A stretch of 64,000 nt of DNA. Origin: Azolla caroliniana. Taxonomy: Eukaryota; Plantae; Polypodiophyta. Numbering within the stretch: position 1 is the stretch's first letter; each line of letters opens with the position of its first letter. The notes under the pieces are model-generated. The model saw nothing but the letters and a program-made list of their open reading frames with translations. It did no database searches and was not told the DNA's origin. The position numbers and the translations under genes are program-made. Shown piece by piece: positions 39,870 to 51,509 of this stretch. The DNA is taken from NCBI GenBank assembly GCA_043228905.1, contig JBHGNT010000001.1:35340001-35404000 (forward strand), read 5' to 3'.

Positions 39870-40860
39870 AACTTGTAACGCCATTGATGTTACGGATCGC
39901 TATATTGATGTTTAAGAATGTCTTAGTATTTGCGAGCTGTATTATACTATCTATTTATGTAGTCTAGGATGCATGAGTATAATTATTTCACTTTGCTACT
40001 ATACATCTGGATCTGTAGTACTAATGATGTCCCATAGAATGGCCAACCAAATTGGATTTTTAGATCTCATATTTCCAAGTGTCAATATCTCCTTTTTTCA
40101 ATTGAGAGTAACACAAAGCATATTATCTGGGGATAGAAGTAATGTGCACGAGCTACTCAGACACCCTAGGCCTTACACTTAGTTTGAGGAAATTGGTTGC
40201 TAGTAGAAATCCTTGTACTTATGTGTGAGTGTGTATGTGATTTGAGGCTAGAAGTAATGATCTTGAGCTTCTCAATGACCCCCACCCCCATGCCAAGTAC
40301 TCTATGACACCTAAGGCTCCAAATCAATCCCACAATTTCATGTTTGATTTGAACGGATGCCAACCAATTTTGATAGAGAATGTGTTATTGCGTTTGGACT
40401 GGATCAAATCTCGTGTGTTGGGTCACCATGAGGCTAACAACAAACGATAAACACTTGTTCTTGTTAATTCCTCCTAAATGTGGAACAGAAACATTTGGAG
40501 GTGGAATCATAGGAGAGAATGTAAATAGCTTGGGATTGAATTTCTTGAGATTGAAGTTGTGAGAGGAATTCACTCACCTAGACTAGCAAGATGTTCCAAA
40601 TTATGTGAAGGAGAGGCCAAGGGTGTGAACTATTTTGTGTGTAGGTGCCCAACTTCACCACCATTCAAAAGATGATGAAGAATGTCGACTCGACCTATTA
40701 TGAATTCTAGTCATCTTACTCTAGTGTTGAGCTATTAGACTACCAACGAAACTCCTTGGGTTCAAAGCCCAATTGTCACACATTAGACTCTATTACTAGA
40801 TGCCACTTTGGAATGTAGATTTGAGTTACATAATCTCCACATCTCCATTACACAACCTTC
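39870..40860 (-). mobile_element. Decayed retrotransposon-like remnant
   Basis: Broken frames with protease-like residue patterns (VLGM); TGTAAC at the left edge; no intact ORF. Confidence 0.25.
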
Positions 40861-41197
40861 TAATATATCTATCTATCTATCTAATATATATATCATATCT
40901 TTTCATTTGAAGAAGTTATATGTCGATAACAAATGGTTACTTATTGTGTACTGAATGGAAAAATAAAATCCAAGCCAACAAACACACCTTACACATCGAG
41001 ATTAATATGAGGAGCCTTTAACCCCCTCTATATATATACAAATTACAATAATACATATAATGATACATATATGTATGTATGATAGGTTAATGAGAGGAGA
41101 ATCTGTGATGGGTGAATAAGAACAAGTGTTGTTTTCTCACTCTTAGTACATTGAAAAACGTCAACAAATACTTTCAGATAGATAGATAGAGAAAGGT

Positions 41198-43721
41198 ATG
41201 TCTTCTTCTTCCGCTGAAGTAACTCCATCTCCAGGCAGTGTCTCTGTTTCTAGTGGAGAGGGTGGAGCTGCTCTGTGTCTTGTCTCTGGCATTCGTGATG
41301 GAATATCTGGGGGTGTCATGGGCTCCATTTTTGGCTTTGGTATATCCTCTTTACGCCCGTTTTTCTGTCTGTCTCTATCTTGCTTTTCCTTCCTTTCTTT
41401 TGGAATTTAGTCACTTTGTATGTGTTGTATCAAGGATGGTTGATCCTGTGAAGATAAGCGGGGAATTCCTTCATAGAATTCGTGTATTTGTGAGATGTTA
41501 AATTAATAGGGTATATGAATCGTCACCTCATTATGTTTGCATGTGATGAAAAAAGCGGCCTATTCATTATGAACTGGAAACAAAGTTCAAACTTCAGAAG
41601 AAAACAAGAGGAAACAAAAAGAGTTAGTAAAAATGTTCCCGTGTGTTAAAAACGTTGCATATTGTTATTAAAACGTTACTGGATGGTGATTGGTTTATTG
41701 TGTAGAATTTTTAGGATCAGTAGTGTTATGAAAGAAGAAAAAAAATCCAGTTCTTCCTGTTTATTTCCTGCAAATGGCAGACGTGTTTTAAATGGATGTG
41801 AATAAACTGCAAAGCCTTGTAAAAGACTTTGAACATGAAAAAACCCTCTTTTTATCAGTTTCTAAATTTTATTTCCATCATGGCAATATGTTAGGAATCA
41901 CCTCCAAAGTTTGAAATGGGCTTTTGGATATACATGTAAAGTTTTGTTCTGTACAAAGTAACAAATATTCCTAATTATGCTAATGTAGGCCAAGGATTGT
42001 GGAAGAAACAAGGTTTTAAAGGTTCTTTGAAGGAGGCAGGAACTTCAGCCAAGGTTAATTATCAAGTTATGCAATTATGGAAACCTGTGATCAAGCAACA
42101 TTTGTTTCAATGCAGATCTGATTCCTTTTTTTTTACATATCATTTGTCAGACTTTTGCACTGCTTTCTGGTATACACAGTCTAGTTACATGCTTCTTAAA
42201 AAAGATTCGAGGGAAGCATGATGGTAAGTGTCAACATATGTTAACTTTTATACTTCGATTGCATTTAGCACCTAAGTCATTTGTGATGTTTTAGGTATGT
42301 TTATGTGTCTTGAGTCTTTAGAATGGTTTGCAGTAAACATTCAAATAGAAGTTTGTGCTGTGTTATAAAAATGAAATGTTTAATCTGCTTTGAAGCAGAG
42401 AAGAAAGGACCAAAAAACTTATTGTTATATGCTCTGATATTATTGGTATGTGGTTATTGGCAATTTGTTTTCCCGAAAACTTATGATTCTGATGAATGAT
42501 AAAGTTTCCTATAATCTTTCTCTTTCTTTCTCTTATTTTTTTGTTACTTTGAGCATATATAGCTTCCTCTTTATATGGTAGAATTTTAACCAAATCATTG
42601 AAACATTTTCCTTGGTCCATAGGTTATTCTGGCCACCTGGAAGTTTTCCATAGATTTTCTTTGACTCCATGCCGACCATCAAATACATAAGCATTGCACA
42701 TATCCCAATTTTGACACAATCCCCAATATCTCAGAAATAGGAGAACGATCTCTAGCTCTGATTTTGGGGTACCTGTGTGAATTGTGCAAACACCCACTAT
42801 CTTGATGTCAAATAACACCGTGACAAAACTTGTTAAATTTGACAAATGTAACTCCAAATCTGACAAGGTTCCAAACAACAACATATATCACAAGGTGAAA
42901 TAAGAGCCTCACCCACAACCTTGTTGCTCTTCACAAACGGCCTGTGCTACATTATTTGTAACCCCTTTTCTATAGCACACTCAATGAGGGACATTTTGAG
43001 AAACTATTATTATTTATCTTGTTATGATGAGACACATCAACGCATCTTGTAGTGTCACTCCCTTGGCTTGTGAGTTTAGTGTAATGTCAACTTGTACATG
43101 ATACACACAAGTGTGTGCATGCATACGTGTGTGAAGATGATAGAATCATCACTTTGAGCAGTATTTTGGTTGGATAGAGATGCTTGAAGAGTATGCCTAG
43201 GCTATGTGTATTGTGGAACACTGGAATTTCGGGGGAAATGTTCTAAAAATAGAGATATGATCAAATGTATGTTCTATGCTTTCAGAGATAAACGCAGGTA
43301 TTGCAGGATGCGCAACCGGCATTGTTCTCAGTATTCCAGGTATAGAGGGTATATGGTTCACAACTGGAAGAACTTGTTTATGGTTTTGCAATAATACCAC
43401 TAGTTCGTGCATTTGAAACTAAAATGTTTTTCTATTGCTTTTTTTTGTGTGGTCCTAAAAATTGCAGGAACACCAGATGCTATACTTCGAAGCTGTGCAA
43501 CATTTGCAGCATTCTCGTATGTCGCGGAGAGGTTTAACAAACCGCAAGCTGCAGTTGCAAGTCCTCTGGACCACCACTACTCAGCAATTCCAAAGACTCC
43601 TGAGAAAGGGTTTAATGGTGTTGATGTTCTGCCTCCCTTTGTTTTAGCACCATCGTTCCTTGAGAGTCTTGTGTCCTTAAGTCGAGCAAAATTTGTTAAG
43701 TCTACATCTACAAGGCTGTAG
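41198..43721 (+). CDS. Tim17/Tim22/Tim23-family preprotein translocase subunit, 5 exons (41198-41339, 41989-42053, 42151-42223, 43286-43339, 43468-43721)
   Basis: Spliced protein [68 protein letters not shown] carries the PRAT motif RGKxDxxNxxxAGCxTG. Confidence 0.9.
42624..42884 (-). mobile_element. LINE 3'-end fragment in Tim intron 3
   Basis: LRYWGLCQNWDMCNAYVFDGRHG aligns with LRYWGMWYNWTMRNGFLFDGLHG at 118-324. Confidence 0.6.
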
Positions 43722-44207
43722 AAAACAACTCCTAAATTTATCTGCCTAAGATAGATTTGTTACCTCGGATCACATTCACATTCTAGAGTGTTCTGCAACT
43801 CTAGATACAATGATATGTTGGATGGCCAAGTCAAGTTATTAGGGTCAAAACTAAAGATCCCCCTTGGTATCATGTTGGAAGAAAGTTTGAAGCTCCAATA
43901 GAGTTGTTTTGTCTTGACAAGAAGAATTTGAAAATGAGTGAGAAAATTATCAAATTCCTAGATTATTATTGTTTTATAAGTCAACATAATGTTAGGGGAT
44001 TGTCAAGTTAATGAAAGACACCCCACCCCCCATTATCACCTTGGAGTAGATGAATGTGTGTGAAAAAAAATCTGACCAGAATTGTTTATCTAACAACGAA
44101 AATTTAAAATTAGTCCCACCATTAAAGTAGATGCAGTGCATAGAATGGTATTTATGATTATTTATGCAAATTCTTCACTGTCTGAAACTCACCGAAGAGG
44201 GGTTACT

Positions 44208-44278
44208 CTCCCTGGATAGGACTCTAACCTACGACCAATCGGTTAAGCTCTGGCTGGTCTATCACTGAACCACCTGGA
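44208..44278 (-). pseudogene. Degenerate organelle-type tRNA-Asn(GUU)-like sequence
   Basis: Reverse complement TCCAGGTGGTTCAGTGATAGACCAGCCAGAGCTTAACCGATTGGTCGTAGGTTAGAGTCCTATCCAGGGAG retains the TTAACCGATTGGTCGTAGGTT core of plastid trnN as I recall it; T-loop, D-loop and anticodon are mutated. Confidence 0.6.
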
Positions 44279-46148
44279 TAATGGATAGGACTCCAAGCTA
44301 ACTCCCAAATCATATTATAGTGCTTGATGTCCATGATTCTGAAATATCATTAATGTTGAAAACGTGTGATAGATACACCTAATTTTAGGTTTTACTTATT
44401 AAACATTGACAAGGATTCCCAAATCTTAGAATGAGTGTTTTAATTCATGATAATCATGCTGATTGTGAAAACGTGATGTAAAAATTCCAATAGTAATAGC
44501 TGAAGGTGTGTTCCTTTCTGGTTTTCATTTGCCTTGTAGTAGGATAACTTTGATCCAGATTTTCAGTAAAAATTATGTAAATCTTCAATGTTGAATCATA
44601 TTAATTCCCACATGTTCAGGTAGTTTTGATTGAATAAATTTTTCTGTGAGGAAATTAAAAAACAGATAACGAAGTTTATTCGTTATCAAGGAGGTCGAAT
44701 AACCAAGTGTTGCATGCAATGCTTAAAGGTGTGACATGGATTATTGTTGTTTGTGTGCATGTTTAATGTGAAACACATGGATGTGTGTTTTGCTCTGTGA
44801 ATGCATTGTGGGACTATTGTTGAACACATGATTCTGTAAGCAGAGCACCTATTATGGTTTTAATATCTTTTCAATATGATCTAGTGATGTGGGGAACATT
44901 CCAATTCAGTACGTTTTTAAAAGATTACATTGTGTCATTTTATATAATGTCTTAAATACCAAGATACAGTCATAGCATGATCAAATTATTTGGGTAATGA
45001 TTCGAAGTATCTGAACTGTTAAACTTTCATGTGCACATTGTATAATGAAAAAAACTAAGATATGCCATCTCCAAAGAGTGCAACAACTAATCTCAGATTG
45101 TGTGTCCTGCAGAAGAGAAGAGACTGACACATTCTTTCTATCAATAAATCACTAGTTTTACTTCTATGCAAAGCCACAAGTAATTGCTATGGTACATTCC
45201 CAAATAGTCTTTTGAACCGTTTGAAATGTCACTACAAGCTACTTATTGTTTGAGCAGTATTTGCTTGAATTCTATAGAATAAACTAGAATAATAGCTACA
45301 ACATTTGCAATCCAAACATGGATGAAGCATTTCAAAATCTAGCTTATTTTCCATATCAAAGGTACATTACAATCTTAAGGGCAATTCAGATGTCATGATG
45401 TTTGAAACCGTTTCATCTATAATTTTGCTTTATTAGCCTTACAGCATACACAGCGTACCTGTCTATATCGTTTTGAGAAGCTTGGTTTGAATAGTTCTTG
45501 TTTAGCTTTTAAGAAAGAAGTTTTATAAAGATTTTTCATCTTCAATATCTAGACATTTCTGCGTATCTTATTCTATTGGAAATAAGAGATTTTCAATTAT
45601 TAATTTGCTCTCTTTTTAAGCCATTTTTATTAATTTGGAATAATGAATGAATCATATTGTACTCTGCCCAGTAACGTGCCTGCTAGACTCTGCTAGACTC
45701 AAATTTTCAAACTATGTAATTAGAATTGTGATTGATTTACGGAGTTGTAATATGAAAAACCAATATACTGTATTAGAACAAACCCATTATCAATACCAGA
45801 ATCACAGGTGCTGGTGAGAATCCGAATGTGAAAGTTCAACACAAAATGCTTCCATGTCTTCGAGGTAAAGCATACGAGAACAAGCATCTATTATAGCTAA
45901 AAGTATCAACAAATTGATGAGATATTTTCTTTATGGGTGGACTCAGCCATTTTATTTTTGCAGATTGATACAATATGATGTGAGTTTGAAATTGAGGGCA
46001 TTCAAAGAGGAACCATACACTTCGTGGATGTACTAACACAGATTTAATTCATTTTTATTGTTGGCAAGGTAAGGCAACTTCTTATCTTTATATTAATGAA
46101 ATAATAATAAAAAGTCAAACTGTACACAGTAATATATTACTCGTCTTT

Positions 46149-48869
46149 TTAAGGTTTCCAAGGAGAGGGAGGTGGGGGGGCATTGGGGTATAGTGGAGGC
46201 ACTGCTGAGAATATTGTATTCGGGTCCACACCTTTATCATCGCCTCCAGAAAGGGCAACAAGTGCTGCGACAAGGCAGGCATTGCCCACTAAAGTGGGCT
46301 CCGTCTGGTTATAATTGCTCCTCACATCTGAAAACCTATCATGCATATCTGGGCCTGCCACCATGGCCCCTACCAACACGTGTGGATTTGGTGCCTTAGA
46401 ATCCCTATACCTGTAACCACTGGTACAACCTCGTGAAGATTTACCATCCGGGATCGATGCTCCTCGATGATGCACTTGAGTCGGGTAGGGATTCCCAAAT
46501 CCCACTACATAGCTCATGTTCTTTGGATTTTTTCCCAATATGTAATCAATCTGTAGTTTTTCAAGAAACATGAGCTCAACGGACCCAACAAAGAGCATAC
46601 TACATAATATGAGGCTAAATACTTCATTTTATCCCACCTGCGAGCGGGCGAAATCCCGAAGGGTTTCCTTCGGCATAAAGTCAGGACCACAGCTCCACCC
46701 CGGCACACCAGCTGCAGTCATGTAATCGCCATAAATAGCAGCTAAGAAGGCAGCACTAGCAACATATTGCAATGGTTGGGGACCACCATAATTGAACTGC
46801 ATCAAGCCACCTATAGATGATCCGAAACCGAACCGGATTAACACAATGTTGACTTAACAGAAAGCATCTTCTGGGGAAAACAAAGATATATGGATTTGCC
46901 AAAACTTACCGTTTGACACATCGAATACTTTGAACTGAGGCAAGTAGGAGCACATGATGAGGTTTGTCTCATTATAGAACTCCTTAAGTCCATCTTCATA
47001 AGGGTATCCTGGATTCATCATCATCCGGAATCTTGTGAGCACAACCTGTGGCCATATAACACAGGAAGTAAGCTGTTTCCATGTATGAATGAAAAGACAG
47101 CTATAGCAACAAGTTTAGTAGAATTTTTGTTCACATATTATACCTGAGCACCAGTGAGCTTGTTGTCCCAATCGAAGACACCATAGTACTTCCAGCCTCC
47201 TGAAGCACCAGCATGTTCGGCTATGGATGGTTCTGTCACAAGTTCAAGGTAGGTCAAATTGCCTGTAGCATAATACAACCATGCTCCGCCCCATACGAAC
47301 TCATCCCAATATCCAGATGAGTTATAGAAGTTCTCAGCTTCGGGAATGGCCTTCACATATCTTGCCCTCTTTGCCCTAGCGAAATCAAACAGGACTTTGG
47401 CCCCTTGTACAAGCTTGAGCGAGTATGGCCAATTGTCTTTAAATACAATAGAAGCAGCAGCCATGGCAGCAGCCATTTCAGCTGCAAGGTCAGAGCAAGC
47501 ATCACATGAGTATGCAGGGCGATCATAATCCATGTCCTCAGGCCTTTCCCAGCAATAGTGATCATTGGGTGAGGTCTTGCCCTTTGTTCCACCATTCCCA
47601 ACCTGTAATACAGCACCTCCGGTTTTTTTAAAAGTAATATTGCAAATAAACATAACATATAGTTGAGCACATTGAGGAATGCAGAATACCTGTCCCCAGA
47701 GATGATTGATTGCAGGGGCTGAAGCATTGAAGGTCTTGAACATGTAGTCTGCGCCCCATTTGATGAGCTCTTTGACATGTTCGAGTTCTCCCATGGCTTC
47801 ATATTTGGGGCCATATTCAATGGTGCTCCAACTCAACACAGTGATGGCAAAGGCACCAGGGAAGCCAAACTTGATGTTATCTCCGGCATCATAGAAGCCT
47901 CCGGAAAGATCCACATTCTGGAGGGACCCATCGTTTAGTGCAGAGTTTCCCCGCCATGGAATTCCGTTCTGCTCTGGAAGCTTTCCTGCTGCAGAGATTG
48001 GAATGTTCAATCCCTCTTTTCTTAATTACAACCACTTAGTTTGATTGAATCTCTAGGTCTATGTAGACCTATCATATAAAGTTGTGATTCCAAACAAATG
48101 GATCTCATCAAGAATTTTGCGTGCAATTGGTGTAGATATGCTATGAGCCTATGAATCCAAATTGCATAACTTTAGGATCTCGCAGACTTATGCCAGATTT
48201 GAAAACACCACAGTACAAGGGAACATGCCTATTGATGTGTTCGTATTTATATTTGAAATTCCATTGTGTCTCAGATCGCATTGCCAGGAATGGGAGCACA
48301 TGAACCAAATCAAAATATGTAGGGGCATTCTAATATGTAGAGATATGATGAAGCATGTGAAACTGACAATAAGTACAGATATTTGAGGGGTGTATTGATT
48401 TAAAGGAACATGGTGCCTGCATAAGCGAGAATGTAATGAATGCATGGCAGTATTAGAGCTGAATCCTATACATAGAGAGTCCTGGTAGTATCATGAGAAT
48501 GTTGTGTACCTAGAATACTGTATAAGTAAGTATATGTTTTGAACATATAGTTTGAACGTGTCCTGATGTATAAGTATATGCTCTCGAGTCCTAACAAGAA
48601 GGCAAGATTGTTTCATTCATTTGCGTTTTAGAAGGTTCTTATTACATGGATCCATGAATGATTAGGCCATGAGAGCCAGACATATCAATGAAGTGGCAAT
48701 GGATACTAAATTAAGCATTATTGCATTAAAGATATCAGCATCGATCATTACTAATTATAAGTACCAGAAAGCAGCCCAGTAAAGTTGTGAAGGTGATCAC
48801 AAACTAACTAATGTGTTATTCTTTCTAAAATGCACGGGCTTATATAATGAATGAACTGTGATAGCAGAA

Positions 48870-48903
<34 letters not shown>

Positions 48904-49353
48904 GCACATATAATGAATTGACTTACACTTTTGGGCATCGAAGAAGAGGAGGGCCTTGCGAAGGGCTTGAGTGTAGTTGTCTTCAGGCGGGAGGGGGGGG
49001 TGGTGCCGTGGGACAAACTTGACAATGATGGTGATGAGGGCCGCAACGAGTAGGGCAGCGGCCAAGCTTGCGGCCAAGTAAAACAAGAGCTTGCGCCTAC
49101 ACACGACGCATCCAAGGTCCACATACTTCTTGCCCATCATCATCATCATCATCTTCTTCTTCTTGGTTGTTCTATGATCGCTGGCAGTGGCGGAGCCCAG
49201 GAGCCAGCTCTGTTGAGTTTCCTCCAGCCGTTGGAGGGCCGCCCTGTCCATCTCCGGGTTCTGCCGCCCGCTCCTCTCGTGGTCGTCGTCGGTCGCGGAA
49301 TCCATGGTGACGTCGAAGGAGCCGGAACCACCCCACGCATCCTGCAAATGCAT
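46149..49353 (-). CDS. KOR1: Membrane-anchored endo-1,4-beta-glucanase, GH9A (KORRIGAN-type), 6 exons
   Basis: N-terminus DSATDDD...[24 protein letters not shown] plus a TM helix; [12 protein letters not shown]; HHRGAS; [17 protein letters not shown]; Pro-rich PPPPSPWKP end. Confidence 0.95.
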
Positions 49354-51509
49354 AATACTTAACTGTGGAGGCTGAGGTGGAGGAGCAGGCGTTGTCTGTA
49401 GAATTAAATAAATACACGACAGGCGACTTGTATATATATATATATATATCTATGTCTGCGCTGTTGGCGAAGTTAAAGAGGAAGAAGAAGAAGAAGAAGC
49501 AGACGACGGAGGTTGGTGAGAAGATGGGGGCTCCATCAAAGGAAAAGGAAAAGGAAAGGAAAAGCCGCAACAGAGAGAATGCAGAGCAGAGCACGGCTCT
49601 GCCATGGCGGTGGCCTATAGCATAATGTATACATACATTATATGTACATACATAGTGTGTAGTCGGTCTTCTTGGTGCATGCAGTACCAAGCCAACTACC
49701 ATACATAGTGACAGTTAAGTCTGATGGATCATCTACATATCTTCGTAGTAGAGTGAGTATGTATGTATGTATCTATCCCATGAGAGAAACCATTAGACAC
49801 GTGTCGTTACCAACCCAACCCCCTTTGCCCGCCCGCCCCCCGTCGCTCACATCACATTTCTCTACGGGGCCCCACGGGTGCGATTTCTCGCCCCCCACCT
49901 CCCTTGGAACCCCACTTTCGGGCACATGTTTGGCGTGCATGCGTTTTTTTGGGCCTTGGAGTATAACTGTTTTCTATCTAAGATTTGTACCGTTTTCGGC
50001 GTAGTTTTTCAACGCTACCCACCTCCCCGTATCGACGGGATGCTACCATGCATTGCACACTGCCAGAAACAAAAAACAAAAATATAAGGCCTTCTTATAT
50101 CCTCTGAGACATTTGAACCTGGACTTAGGTGCTCATCACCTCGACAACGTGACTTTGGATTAGTGTTTTAAATTACTAGATCATTTGTTACCAGAACCGG
50201 CTCCACAACCAAATAATTTATCTATGCACTATTATTCATCTTGTACAAAGGAGATTTTGTTATTGGATAAAAAAAAGTATAAATTGAATTTCAATGTCCA
50301 CAAAGACGTCCATGCGAGTGAGTATACATGAAACATGCGCTAGTCTTATATGTTGCGTTGTAATACATGTACTTAATATGTGAAATCTAGCATATCTCGA
50401 TCCTTAACATGTTCATTGCTAACTCTTCAAACCATATCCACAAGGACGAGTCTTTGAACAAAGATTTGCCAATTTAAACTTATCATTATCAATGATCCAA
50501 TACATATGATGGGCTTAAAAAACAGTTGCTGATGATCTAATTTGTTGAAACATTTTTTGACGCAATCTAAGCATATCAATAATCATGCAATGTACATAAG
50601 AATACATATCAATAAAAACTTGGACCTCCTATGTTGACCACAATTTCGAGGCCACACATTGACCTTCTCAATTGGCAAATGAAATCCTTCATACATACTC
50701 ATGAATCCATCAAATGTGTTTCATATGACATATTTAACTTGGGCTATATAATTCAGAAAATCACATTTGGCTCTTGTACATGTACATCCAAAGGGCCTAA
50801 ATGCTTTATATTTGGCAATGTCATTGTTGTACTATATTTGGTGTCTCTTGTACATGCACAATTATTGATAGTCGCACATCAATTTCTTGAAGTTATGTGC
50901 ACAATAATAGGAATTGATTCTCATAACACGTTGTGTAGAATGGGTAGGAAGTTCTTGAATTATTTGATATTGGGTCGGCACTTTAACACATAAAGTAACC
51001 CACGTTCACCAAAAAAGTAGAACGATACAACAAATGTGCACCTTAGAACCAACCAAAGGAAAACGTACCTTTGAAGAGCTATATTTTGTACCTTCAGACC
51101 TTATGTACTTAACCTAAAGGAACGAGGTTTGCGAAATTTAATCAGTAACAAATCTTGAGAAGCACTAAAATCTCTCAATGGAGGAGCAAATATACTTTCT
51201 CACATTGTGGGTCAGCAATAGATCACATGTTCTTTTCTTGCACAACCATCCGCTAGTTAGCTAACTATAGCTAGTCAGCCATAGCTAACATCTTATATTA
51301 GGATCTAAAGTGTATACATACTCCCACTATTCTGAAAGACCTCATCCTTCCACCTCAACGAAATCAACCGCTTTAGGAACACACAGACGCACGCACGCAC
51401 ATACAAACTCTGTCTGAGTCTGTGTCTGTCTGAGTCTGTGTTTGAGTCTAATATCAAGAGGAGGAGGAGGAGGAGGAGGAGGAGGAGGAGGAGGAGGAGG
51501 AGGAGGAGG

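Noticed and set aside
50280-51000. Possible transposase remnant between KOR and the CCR-like gene
   Set aside because: No diagnostic motif recoverable by eye; cannot be supported.
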